Positions 23,244-30,990 of a DNA stretch of 40,400 bases are shown one piece after another. Within the stretch, counting starts at the first letter, position 1, and each line of letters opens with the position of its first letter. Both the position numbers and the translations under genes were made by a program. The DNA is from Actinomycetota bacterium (GTDB lineage: Bacteria; Actinomycetota; Thermoleophilia; Gaiellales; Gaiellaceae). The DNA lies in contig JAFAHG010000192.1 of assembly GCA_019237315.1 (NCBI GenBank), positions 1-40,400 on the forward strand. The letters are read 5' to 3'. The notes under the pieces were generated by a model. The model did not search any database. It was not told the origin of the DNA and saw nothing but the letters and a program-made list of their open reading frames with translations.

Positions 23244-23955
23244 GGATGTTGACGGCGCGCGCGACCACCATCACGCCGAGCGAGAGCGAGAGCGCCGACT
23301 GCACGAGCATGAGCATCTTCGCCCAGCGCGACAGCGGCATCGTGTCGGTCGGGCTGAACGCGGCAGCATTCGTGAACGACACGTAGAGGTAGTCGAGGAA
23401 GAGCGGCCGCCAGCTCGACTCGCGCAGCTCGGGCTCGGTCTGCTGCGGGAACAGGAAGTCGCGGTCGGCGGTTGCACAGAACGGACGCCCCGTCGGGCCG
23501 CCGCCGTCGAGCTGCCAGTACCAGAGGGCGAAGAGGAGAACGTTCACGCTCCACATGTGCACCGCGGCGCGGAGGAGCGTCGACGCATTCGCGGCCGCGC
23601 CGTTGATCAGCAGGTGGACGAGCAGGCCGATTGACGCGGCGTTCGCAGCGCTGACGATGCCGATCATCGCGAGCGACAGCCAGCGGCGTGTGAGGTGCAG
23701 CTTCGCGGTGCGCCAGCCCATCCGTTCGACGAACGAGCCGCCGGGCCGCGACACGAGCAATGCCGCGAGCAGGACCAACGTGAGCGCGGGAATCAGCCAC
23801 CGGACGATCGAGAACGCGCCCGCCGAAGATCCTGCGATGAATCTCGTCGGCAGGTCGGCGTAGAGCACGGCCGACGCGACGATCGCCACCGTGGGCCAGA
23901 GCGGCGACTCGCCGAGCCCGGCCGAATCCGTGTCGCTGAACTGTCCGCCCTCCAC
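23236..23955 (-). CDS. DUF1345-family membrane protein
   Basis: Several TM helices. The characteristic C-terminal block is FLDYLYVSFTNAAAFSPTDTMPLSRWAKMLMLVQSALSL. Confidence 0.75.
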   Translation of the reverse strand: MEGGQFSDTDSAGLGESPLWPTVAIVASAVLYADLPTRFIAGSSAGAFSIVRWLIPALTLVLLAALLVSRPGGSFVERMGWRTAKLHLTRRWLSLAMIGIVSAANAASIGLLVHLLINGAAANASTLLRAAVHMWSVNVLLFALWYWQLDGGGPTGRPFCATADRDFLFPQQTEPELRESSWRPLFLDYLYVSFTNAAAFSPTDTMPLSRWAKMLMLVQSALSLSLGVMVVARAVNILK

Positions 23956-23961
23956 GCCGCG

Positions 23962-23967
23962 AGCGTA
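23962..23967 (-). promoter_or_regulatory. -10-like hexamer TACGCT (minus strand), 6 nt upstream of GTG 23955
   Basis: TANNNT-N6-GTG read on the minus strand. Confidence 0.4.
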
Positions 23968-23983
23968 CTCCCGCCGCTCGCGC

Positions 23984-23989
23984 TAGCGT
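23984..23989 (+). promoter_or_regulatory. -10-like hexamer TAGCGT, 6 nt upstream of ATG 23996
   Basis: TANNNT-N6-ATG. Confidence 0.4.
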
Positions 23990-23995
23990 GACCGG

Positions 23996-24682
23996 ATGCG
24001 CTGCGTCGTCGGGGTGGTGCTCGCGCTCGGACTTGCGGCTGCGTCGGCTTCGGCCCATCCGACCGCCGCCGGCGCCGTCTGCAAGCCGGGTCTCAAGTCG
24101 GCGCTCGTCGGCGGCCTCTCCGCCTGCCTGAAGACCGGGCAGACGTGCTCGGCGAGGTTCCTCCACGACTACCTTCGCGCCGGCTTCGCGTGCGAGAGCG
24201 GGCGCCTCCGGAACGAGGTGCGGAGCGCGCCGCCTGCGGGGACGAGCGAGGGGAATCCGGTCCCGCTCGGACATCCTGCCTCGCTCGGGAACGGTTGGAT
24301 CCTGATCGTGACGGCGGTGAACACGGACGCGACGACCGCGATCCTCGCGGCCGACCCCGCCAACAAACCGCCGCCCGCAGGCCTGCAGGACGTGCTCGTC
24401 TCGATCACCGCGACGTACACCGGCTCCGGCAGCTCGCATCTGACGCCGGGCTCGACGCTGCACGCGGTGGGTGCGTCCGGCGTGCGGCATTCGAGTGCCG
24501 ACAGCTTCTGCGGCACGCTGCCCGATCCGAACCTCGACGGCGACAACCCGCTTGTCTACAAGGGAAACACGGTGTCGGGCTATGCCGCGTGCTTCATGGT
24601 CGCGCCCGCCGACGTGCCGTCGCTCGAGCTCTACTACCAGCAACCGCTGTCTTCGACGCAGGTCTGGTTTTCACTTCACTGA
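23996..24682 (+). CDS. secreted protein with Cys-rich N-terminal region and beta-sandwich (DUF4352-like) C-terminal region
   Basis: Signal peptide is MRCVVGVVLALGLAAASASA. The WILIVTAVNTD...VLVSITATYTGSG...GYAACFMV pattern is typical of DUF4352-like domains. Confidence 0.6.
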   Translation: MRCVVGVVLALGLAAASASAHPTAAGAVCKPGLKSALVGGLSACLKTGQTCSARFLHDYLRAGFACESGRLRNEVRSAPPAGTSEGNPVPLGHPASLGNGWILIVTAVNTDATTAILAADPANKPPPAGLQDVLVSITATYTGSGSSHLTPGSTLHAVGASGVRHSSADSFCGTLPDPNLDGDNPLVYKGNTVSGYAACFMVAPADVPSLELYYQQPLSSTQVWFSLH

Positions 24683-25614
24683 TCCTCGACGGCCACAACG
24701 ACGTCGCGCTACGCCGCTGGCGCGGCGAGCCGCTGCGGCACCTCGACCTCGAGCATCCCGGCGACTTCGCGGGCGGCTTCTTCGCGCTCTTCGTGCCGAG
24801 CCCCAGGCGCACGCTCGACGACCCCGAGCCGCCGTACGCATTGCCGCTCGACGCGCCGGTCGATCGCGAGGACGCTGCGCGCGTCGCGCGCGAGCAGGCG
24901 AGCGTGCTCGAGGGTCTCGGCGTCGCGATCGCGGGGCGCGTCGAGGACTTTGCGCCGGGACGTGTGACCGCGATCATGCATCTCGAGGGCGCGGACCCGC
25001 TCGCGCCGGACCTGTCCGATCTCGACGAGTGGTACGAGCGCGGTCTGCGGTCGATCGGCCTCACGTGGTCGCGTCCGAATGCGTTCGCGGACGGCGTTCC
25101 CTTCGAGTTCCCAGCGTCGGGGAACCCCGGTCGGGGGCTGACGGACGCGGGCCGGCGTCTCGTCGAGGCGTGTAACGAGCGCGGGATCCTCGTCGACCTG
25201 TCGCATCTCTCGCCTGCGGGCTTCTGGGACGTTGCGGAGCTCTCGGACGCGCCCCTCGTCGCGACGCACTCGAATGCGCTCGCGCTGTGCGCGTCGTCGC
25301 GGAACCTGACCGACGAGCAGCTCGACGCGGTCGGCGAGTCGGGCGGCGTCGTCGGCGTGAACTTCGGCAACCAGTTCCTCCGCCGTGACGGCCGTCCCGA
25401 CAGCTCGACCCCGGTCGCGGACATCGTCGCGCACATCGACTACATCGCGGGGCGGATCGGGATCGACCACGTCGCGTTTGGCTCGGACTTCGAGGGGACG
25501 ACGGTCCCCGACGGTCTGACCGGTTTCCCGGCGCTGCCGTACGGAGAGGACGACGTCGCGAAGGTCACGCACCGGAACTGGCTGCGCGTGCTCGAGCGGA
25601 CCTGGAAGGGTTAG
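24589..25614 (+). CDS. M19-family membrane dipeptidase (start codon uncertain)
   Basis: ILDGHNDVALRRW, IMHLEGADPL, GLTWSRPNAFADG, VDLSHLS, ATHSNA and GSDFEG are M19 blocks. Homology begins at about 24682. The only canonical in-frame upstream start is GTG 24589. Confidence 0.75.
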   Translation: MLHGRARRRAVARALLPATAVFDAGLVFTSLILDGHNDVALRRWRGEPLRHLDLEHPGDFAGGFFALFVPSPRRTLDDPEPPYALPLDAPVDREDAARVAREQASVLEGLGVAIAGRVEDFAPGRVTAIMHLEGADPLAPDLSDLDEWYERGLRSIGLTWSRPNAFADGVPFEFPASGNPGRGLTDAGRRLVEACNERGILVDLSHLSPAGFWDVAELSDAPLVATHSNALALCASSRNLTDEQLDAVGESGGVVGVNFGNQFLRRDGRPDSSTPVADIVAHIDYIAGRIGIDHVAFGSDFEGTTVPDGLTGFPALPYGEDDVAKVTHRNWLRVLERTWKG

Positions 25615-25617
25615 ACC

Positions 25618-26529
25618 ATGCGCACGCGTACCCTCGGTGACACCGGGCTCGTGGTTTCCGTCGTGGGCCTCGGGACGAACAACTTCGGCTGGCGCATCGA
25701 CGACGAGCGTGCGAAGTCCGTCGTCGACGCGGCGCTCGACGCCGGGGTCACGTTCTTCGACACCGCCGAGATGTACGGCGACGGGGTCAGCGAGGAGCTT
25801 CTCGGGCGCGCGCTCGGCGAGCGGCGCCGCGACGTCGTCGTCGCGACCAAGTTCGGCTGGACGCGGGGGACCGATCCGCCCGGCGGCTCACGCGAGTACA
25901 TCCGCGGCGCGATCGAGGGATCGCTGCGGCGTCTCGGCACCGACTACGTCGACCTCTACCAGTACCACCGTCCCGACGGCGTGACGCCGATCGAGGAGAC
26001 GCTCGGTGCGCTCGACGAGCTCGTACAGGAGGGCAAGGTGCGCCACGTCGGCTCGTCGAACTTCAGTGCAGATCGCGTGGAGGAAGCCGCGGCGGTCTCG
26101 GCGGAGCACGGATGGTCGCGGTTCGTCTCCGCGCAGAACCACTACTCGCTGCTCGAGCGCGGCGTCGAGGACGACCTCGTGCCGGTCTGCGAACGGCTCG
26201 GCATCGGCGTGATCCCGTACTACCCGCTCGAGAACGGGCTCCTCACCGGGAAGTACAGCCGCGACGAGCGTGCACCCGAAGGGACGCGCCTCGCCGGCCG
26301 CGGCGACCTCGCCGACGACCGGACCTGGGACCGCATCGAGGCGCTCGAGTCGTTCGCCGCCGAGCGCGGGGTGACGCTGCTCGACGTCGCGATCGGGGGG
26401 CTCGCCGCGAAGCCGGCGGTCGCGTCGGTGATCGCGGGCGCGACGAAGCCGGAGCAGGTGCGTGCGAACGCCGCGGCCGGCGAGTGGGTTCCGAGCGACG
26501 CAGACCTGCAGGCGCTCTCCGCGATCTGA
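25618..26529 (+). CDS. aldo/keto reductase
   Basis: LGDTGLVVSVVGLGTNNFG, FFDTAEMYGDGVSEELLGRAL, ATKFGW, VDLYQYHRPD and GKVRHVGSSNF. Confidence 0.9.
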   Translation: MRTRTLGDTGLVVSVVGLGTNNFGWRIDDERAKSVVDAALDAGVTFFDTAEMYGDGVSEELLGRALGERRRDVVVATKFGWTRGTDPPGGSREYIRGAIEGSLRRLGTDYVDLYQYHRPDGVTPIEETLGALDELVQEGKVRHVGSSNFSADRVEEAAAVSAEHGWSRFVSAQNHYSLLERGVEDDLVPVCERLGIGVIPYYPLENGLLTGKYSRDERAPEGTRLAGRGDLADDRTWDRIEALESFAAERGVTLLDVAIGGLAAKPAVASVIAGATKPEQVRANAAAGEWVPSDADLQALSAI

Positions 26530-26549
26530 ACTACGATGCACGGCCTCCT

Positions 26550-26620
26550 GGCGCCTTGGCCGAGTGGTTAGGCAGCGGCCTGCAAAGCCGTTTACAGCGG
26601 TTCGAATCCGCTAGGCGCCT
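26550..26620 (+). tRNA. tRNA-Cys (anticodon GCA)
   Basis: Acceptor is GGCGCCT. Anticodon arm is GCGGC-CTGCAAA-GCCGT. T arm is AGCGG-TTCGAAT-CCGCT. The U discriminator is characteristic of tRNA-Cys. Confidence 0.9.
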
Positions 26621-26691
26621 CTCTTCCTCCGCGCTACCCTTGAGTCGCGGCGTACGCCGCGTTCGTTTTCCGAGGATGAGGGGGGTCACTG

Positions 26692-27399
26692 ATGGGGTTC
26701 CGTAGCGCTGCGCTCGCGCTCGCGTGCGCGCTGTCCGCTGTGCTCGTCGTCGCGGCGGTTGCGTCCGCGACGACGCCGGCGAAGAAGCATGTGAAGAAGC
26801 CCGCGCCGGCGCCGAAGGTGAAGCCGATGTGCGTGCTCGGGCAGAGCCCCGTCCTGCAGCGGGCCCTGTGCACGGCGAATCCGATCATCACGAAGGACGC
26901 CTGCCAGACGTACTGGACGCCGATCGTGCAGCAGCTCGCACCGGGTCTCCCGCTCGTCGGCTACGACCTGAACGGCGCGGCGTTCGGGAACGTGAGCTGC
27001 TTCTGGAAGTCCGGCAGCACTCCGCAGGTCTTCGACATCCAGGCGATGTCCCTGGACGGAAGCTCCGACCAGAGCGGAAAGAAGCTAACGGCTGCGCAGG
27101 CCTGGCAGTACGGAATCGCCATGGACAACCAGACGTGGAACGTCTCGGAAAACGAGACGTGCCCGGCGGGATACAAGAGCATGACGCCGCAGCTCACCAC
27201 CGTCGAGGGCTACCCGGCCTACACGGAGGATCCGTGCCCCGACGCGAGCGGGTGGAGCATGGTGCGCGTCCTCGTCGGCGGGCACGCGACCTTTGCGGTG
27301 TCGGCGGGTCGGCCGACGTTCAACGTGACGAGTCAGCAGCTGATCCCGCTGGTCGAGCAGGTGATCGCGAGGTACAAGCAATTCGTTCCCGCGACGTAG
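26692..27399 (+). CDS. hypothetical secreted Cys-containing protein
   Basis: GAGGGGGG Shine-Dalgarno. Signal peptide is MGFRSAALALACALSAVLVVAAVASA, followed by a Lys/Pro linker. The mature part has six Cys and five N-x-S/T motifs. No family recognised. Confidence 0.6.
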   Translation: MGFRSAALALACALSAVLVVAAVASATTPAKKHVKKPAPAPKVKPMCVLGQSPVLQRALCTANPIITKDACQTYWTPIVQQLAPGLPLVGYDLNGAAFGNVSCFWKSGSTPQVFDIQAMSLDGSSDQSGKKLTAAQAWQYGIAMDNQTWNVSENETCPAGYKSMTPQLTTVEGYPAYTEDPCPDASGWSMVRVLVGGHATFAVSAGRPTFNVTSQQLIPLVEQVIARYKQFVPAT

Positions 27400-27400
27400 T

Positions 27401-27991
27401 TCAGGCTTTGCCGAAGAGCGAGCTCTCGAGGACGTAGAAGCCCGCGATCACGGCGAAGAGAACGACCGACGCGACGGGGCTCCACAGCGCGACGAGGGTG
27501 GCGGCCCCGTACGTCGGTGCTCCCGGCAGGTAGGAGCGCGAGATTCCCGAGACGACGCGCTGATCCGCATCCGGGCGGATCAACCGTCGTCCGGTCGCCG
27601 CGTAGAACCAGACGAGCGCGAAGCCGAGCGCGGTCGCGACGAGCGTGACGCCGTACGCGACCGCCGCGGCTCGAAGGCCTCCGTCGCGCAGGTGCTCGGC
27701 CACGAGGTGGGTCGGGAAGGGGATGAACGCGACGCACGCCAGAAAGAGCACGTTGAAGAAGAGGAATCGGCGGTCGGACCGTCCAATCTGGTTGAAGCAC
27801 GCATGGTGGTTCACCCAGATGATCCCGATCGTCAGGAACGCCACCGCGTAGGCCGCGTACTGCGGCCACGCATGCTCGAGCGAGTGCGCGAGGCGGTGGC
27901 CGCGGGCGTCCGCGTGCACGTCGAGGATGAGGAGCGTTGCGGCGATCGCGAAGACGCCGTCCGCAAAGGTCTCGAGCCGCCCCGTGGACAC
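27401..27991 (-). CDS. TMEM175/DUF1211-family potassium channel-like membrane protein
   Basis: The N-terminal signature RLETFADGVFAIAATLLILD is followed by 5-6 TM helices. Start is GTG. Confidence 0.8.
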   Translation of the reverse strand: MSTGRLETFADGVFAIAATLLILDVHADARGHRLAHSLEHAWPQYAAYAVAFLTIGIIWVNHHACFNQIGRSDRRFLFFNVLFLACVAFIPFPTHLVAEHLRDGGLRAAAVAYGVTLVATALGFALVWFYAATGRRLIRPDADQRVVSGISRSYLPGAPTYGAATLVALWSPVASVVLFAVIAGFYVLESSLFGKA

Positions 27992-27997
27992 GCGACG

Positions 27998-28003
27998 AGC
28001 CTA
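27998..28003 (-). promoter_or_regulatory. -10-like hexamer TAGGCT (minus strand), 6 nt upstream of GTG 27991
   Basis: TANNNT-N6-GTG on the minus strand. Confidence 0.4.
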
Positions 28004-28054
28004 GGCGCTGCGGCGGACACCTTTTCGTCCGGCTTCCCCGTTATACGAGAAGGC

Positions 28055-28210
28055 ATGAACGCACGCTGCGGATCCTGTCTCGCCTGCGGGCGGGCCCTTC
28101 CCGAGGCGCTCCTCCTCGCGGGGTCGCTTCGCTGCCAGGACTGCCGCGATGCAGACAAGCCGCTCGACCCCGAGCTCTGCGCGCGGGTCGAAGATCGCGA
28201 AGCTGCGTGA
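28055..28210 (+). CDS. possible 51-aa zinc-ribbon protein
   Basis: ATG is preceded by GAGAAGG. The sequence is MNARCGSCLACGRALPEALLLAGSLRCQDCRDADKPL... (CxxCxxC ... CxxC). The stop overlaps the next gene start (GTGA). Confidence 0.4.
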   Translation: MNARCGSCLACGRALPEALLLAGSLRCQDCRDADKPLDPELCARVEDREAA

Positions 28211-28908
28211 TCCGGACAGTCTGGCTGGACAACCCGCCGGTCAACGCGATCAACCCGGACGTGATCGCCGCGATCCGCGACGCGGTCGCGGACCCCGGTG
28301 ACGCGCGCGTCATCGTCCTGCGCGGGAGAGGGGAGAAGGCGTTCTCCGCGGGCGCGGACATCCGCGCGTTCACCGAGTCGGAGGGAGGCGCGCGCGCGAT
28401 CCAGCAGACGGCCGACGCGATCGAGGCGGCGCCGGTGCCCGTGGTCGCGGCGATCCACGGGTTCTGCCTCGGCGGCGGGCTCGAGGTCGCGCTCGGCTGC
28501 GACGTGCGGATCGCGCACGTGGACACGCAGATCGGCTTGCCCGAGGTGCGACTCGGGTTGTTGCCGGGCGGCGGCGGCACGCAGCGCCTGCCGCGTCTGG
28601 TCGGCCGCGGCCGCGCGGCGTGGATGATCCTCTCCGGCGAGCGGATTCCGGCGCGGCAGGCGGAGGCGTGGGGGCTCGTCGAGTTCGTGTTCGACGACCT
28701 CGACGCGGGGATCGAGCAGGTCGCGGGCACGCTCGCGCGTCAGAGTCGCAGCGCGATGGCCACGATCAAGCGCGTCCTTCGCGAAACGGGCGCGGCGCGC
28801 GACGACGACGTCGAGCACGCCGCGTTCGAAGCGGCCCGCGCGTCGGAAGACGGCAAGGAGGGCGTCGCCGCGTTCCTCGAGAAGCGCGAGCCGCGCTGGT
28901 CGGCCTAA
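28207..28908 (+). CDS. enoyl-CoA hydratase/isomerase family protein
   Basis: VIVLRGRGEKAFSAGADI, PVVAAIHGFCLGGGLEVALGCDVRIA, GLPEVRLGLLPGGGGTQRLPRLVG and EGVAAFLEKREPRW. Confidence 0.9.
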   Translation: MIRTVWLDNPPVNAINPDVIAAIRDAVADPGDARVIVLRGRGEKAFSAGADIRAFTESEGGARAIQQTADAIEAAPVPVVAAIHGFCLGGGLEVALGCDVRIAHVDTQIGLPEVRLGLLPGGGGTQRLPRLVGRGRAAWMILSGERIPARQAEAWGLVEFVFDDLDAGIEQVAGTLARQSRSAMATIKRVLRETGAARDDDVEHAAFEAARASEDGKEGVAAFLEKREPRWSA

Positions 28909-28911
28909 CCC

Positions 28912-28930
28912 CAGGGTCTGACCCCGGGTC
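28912..28930. repeat. intergenic repeat GGGTCTGACCCCGGG (family member)
   Basis: Starts 4 nt after the TAA stop at 28906-28908. Same core as 15244-15260 in the opposite orientation. Confidence 0.7.
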
Positions 28931-28996
28931 TCAGCCTTGTGCGTTGGGAGGCGGCAGCAGCTCTGCCGTTTCGACGCGCGTTGTCACACTTCTTTG

Positions 28997-29026
28997 ATTA
29001 AGGGTCTGACCCCGGGACATGTCTAG
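28997..29026. repeat. intergenic repeat ATTAAGGGTCTGACCCCGGGACATGTCTAG (family member)
   Basis: Combines the ATTAAGGGTCTGACCCCG block (as at 15309-15326, reverse complement) with the GACATGTCTAG block (as at 19807-19817). It abuts the stop codon of the minus-strand gene ending at 29023. Confidence 0.75.
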
Positions 29027-29559
29027 TTCAGGCGGGGGTCGAACGGCATTGCGGCGATCAGAGCGAACTTGCCGCCCTTGCGTTCGAGCACGCGACGCCA
29101 CAGCTCGTCGGGGTCGTCGACGAAGGCGTCGTCGGCGGTCGCGTCCGCGACGATCCACGACGGCTCGTCGAGCTCCGCCTCGAGCTGGCCCGCCGCCCAG
29201 CCCGAGTAGCCCGCGAACACGCGCACGCGCCGGATCGACAGCTCGTCGACGGAGGCATCGGCCGCGACGAATCCGACGGAGCCCACGACGGGGGCGAGCG
29301 CCTCGTCCGCGTCCTCGAACTCCGCGAGCGCCATGATCGCCTCCGGCTGCACCGGCCCGCCGATGCGAACGACCCCGTCCGCACCCGGGATCCCCGCGAG
29401 CTCGGGAACCGCGTCGGCGACGCGCACCTCCGAGGGACGAGTGAGCACGAGCCCCATCGCGCCTTCGTCGTCGTGGTGCGTGACGAGCACGACCGTGCGG
29501 CGGAAGTTCGGATCGACGAGAGCCGGTGAGGAGATCAGCAACCGGCCGCGCAACGACAT
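29023..29559 (-). CDS. YqgE/AlgH-family (UPF0301) protein
   Basis: LLISSPALVDPNFRRTVVLVTHHDDEGAMGLVLTRP ... VFAGYSGWAAGQLEAEL. Confidence 0.85.
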   Translation of the reverse strand: MSLRGRLLISSPALVDPNFRRTVVLVTHHDDEGAMGLVLTRPSEVRVADAVPELAGIPGADGVVRIGGPVQPEAIMALAEFEDADEALAPVVGSVGFVAADASVDELSIRRVRVFAGYSGWAAGQLEAELDEPSWIVADATADDAFVDDPDELWRRVLERKGGKFALIAAMPFDPRLN

Positions 29560-29565
29560 CGGCGG

Positions 29566-29571
29566 ATCGTA
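29566..29571 (-). promoter_or_regulatory. -10-like hexamer TACGAT (minus strand), 6 nt upstream of ATG 29559
   Basis: TANNNT-N6-ATG, located in the 16-nt gap after the upstream EamA gene stop. Confidence 0.4.
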
Positions 29572-29575
29572 CGCC

Positions 29576-30418
29576 TCACCCGGCGCTCAGCGCGGCCACC
29601 CCGGCGAGCGCGACGCCCACGCCGCCGAGCTGCGTCGCCGTCAGCCGCTCGCCGAGCACGAGGTGCGCGAGGAGGACGGTCACCACCGGGTACAGCGACC
29701 CGAGCACGGCCACGAGCGCGAGGAGACCATGCCCGCTCGCGAGCGCGAAGAGCGCGTTCGCGGCTGCGTCGCACAGGCCGATCGCCGCGACGGCCGGCAG
29801 CGAGCTGCGTGCCACGACGAGCGGCGCACCCCGCGCGAACGCGAGCGCGAAGAGCAGCGTGAGCGACCCCACGCGCGCGCCGACGAGCGTCGAGAGAGGG
29901 CTCCCTTCCCGACTGCCGAGGCCGAGAAAGTACGTGAACGCGCCGAGCGCGCCCGCCGCGACGAGGGCGAGCACGACCGCCCGCGCGCGCTCGCGCGTCC
30001 CGGCGCGGCGCTCTTCCGCGGACGCGAGCACGGCACCCGCGAGCGCCGCCGCGGCGCCGCCGAGCGCGAGCCCCGAGGGCCGCTCACCGGTTGCGAGCGA
30101 CACGACGAACGGCACGAGCGCGCCGCAGGCCGCGAGCGGCGAGACGATGCTCATCGTCCCGAGCGAGAGCGCCTTGTAGAACGCCGCGAGACCCGCGCCT
30201 CCTCCGACACCCGCCAGCAGTCCGATCCAGAACGACCGCCCGTCGAGCGGGAATCCGCGCACCGCGAGCACGACAAGCAGCGCGACGAACCCCGCCGACT
30301 GCGAGACGACCGTCACCGCGAGGGTCGGCAAGCGCCGGGACACGAGCCCGCCGCTGAAGTCGGCGACGCCCCATAGCGTCGACGACCCGAGCGCGAGGAG
30401 GATCCCGAGGCCGCTCAC
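29576..30418 (-). CDS. EamA/DMT-superfamily transporter
   Basis: Ten hydrophobic helices in two EamA-like halves. [12 protein letters not shown] lies near the N-terminus. Start is GTG. Confidence 0.8.
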   Translation of the reverse strand: MSGLGILLALGSSTLWGVADFSGGLVSRRLPTLAVTVVSQSAGFVALLVVLAVRGFPLDGRSFWIGLLAGVGGGAGLAAFYKALSLGTMSIVSPLAACGALVPFVVSLATGERPSGLALGGAAAALAGAVLASAEERRAGTRERARAVVLALVAAGALGAFTYFLGLGSREGSPLSTLVGARVGSLTLLFALAFARGAPLVVARSSLPAVAAIGLCDAAANALFALASGHGLLALVAVLGSLYPVVTVLLAHLVLGERLTATQLGGVGVALAGVAALSAG

Positions 30419-30428
30419 GGGCCGTGGA

Positions 30429-30434
30429 TACCAT
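30429..30434 (+). promoter_or_regulatory. -10-like hexamer TACCAT, 7 nt upstream of ATG 30442
   Basis: TANNNT-N7-ATG. Confidence 0.35.
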
Positions 30435-30441
30435 TTCGCGC

Positions 30442-30990
30442 ATGAAGCCGCTTCGTATCGGCGTCCTTGCCGTGCAGGGGAACTTTCGCGAGCACGCCGC
30501 GATGCTGCGTCGTCTCGGCGCGGAGGCGGTCGAGGTGCGCAAGCCGGAGGAGCTCGATGGCCTCGACGGCCTCGTCATCCCGGGCGGCGAGTCGACGACG
30601 TTCATGCGCCTGATGCGCCTCTACGGCCTCGACGAGGCGATCCGCGCCTTCGAGGGCCCGGTATTCGGCACGTGCGCGGGGATGATCGTCCTCGACCGCG
30701 ACCACCTCGGCCTCGTCGACATCGACGTCCGCCGCAACGCGTTCGGGCGGCAGGTCGCCTCGTTCGAGACGGACATCGAGGTCGAGGGCAGTTCCGTCCG
30801 CGCCGTCTTCATCCGCGCGCCGTGGATCGAGGACGTCGGCCCCGACGTCGAGGTTCTCGCCGAGGTCGAGGGCCATCCCGTGCTCGCGCGCCAGGGACGC
30901 TTTCTCGTCGCGTCCTTCCATCCGGAGCTGACCGACAACACGCGGCTGCACGAGCTCTTTCTCGAGGAGGTGGGCCTTGTCAGGGCATAG
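30442..30990 (+). CDS. pdxT: pyridoxal 5'-phosphate synthase glutaminase subunit PdxT
   Basis: [23 protein letters not shown], the catalytic Cys in GTCAGMI, and FHPE. Start is the internal ATG of ORF 30424..30990. Confidence 0.9.
   Translation: MKPLRIGVLAVQGNFREHAAMLRRLGAEAVEVRKPEELDGLDGLVIPGGESTTFMRLMRLYGLDEAIRAFEGPVFGTCAGMIVLDRDHLGLVDIDVRRNAFGRQVASFETDIEVEGSSVRAVFIRAPWIEDVGPDVEVLAEVEGHPVLARQGRFLVASFHPELTDNTRLHELFLEEVGLVRA

Noticed and set aside
22489-26620. tRNA-Gly to tRNA-Cys interval as a possible genomic island or integrated element.
   Set aside because: No integrase, recombinase, transposase, phage or conjugation gene is present, and I could find no direct repeat of a tRNA 3' end by eye. 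The contents (SLT, DUF1345, secreted protein, dipeptidase, AKR) look like ordinary chromosomal genes with typical GC content.
26692-27399. The five N-x-S/T sequons plus the GT-C-like membrane protein at 20525-22465 as evidence for a bacterial N-glycosylation system.
   Set aside because: The two genes are 4 kb apart and unlinked. The sequons do not fit the extended D/E-x-N-x-S/T bacterial OST motif. The GT-C assignment is itself tentative.
30424-30990. Absence of pdxS next to pdxT as a sign of a broken PLP synthase.
   Set aside because: pdxS and pdxT are not always adjacent in Actinobacteria. pdxT looks intact (the catalytic Cys and HPE are present), and pdxS may simply lie outside the window.
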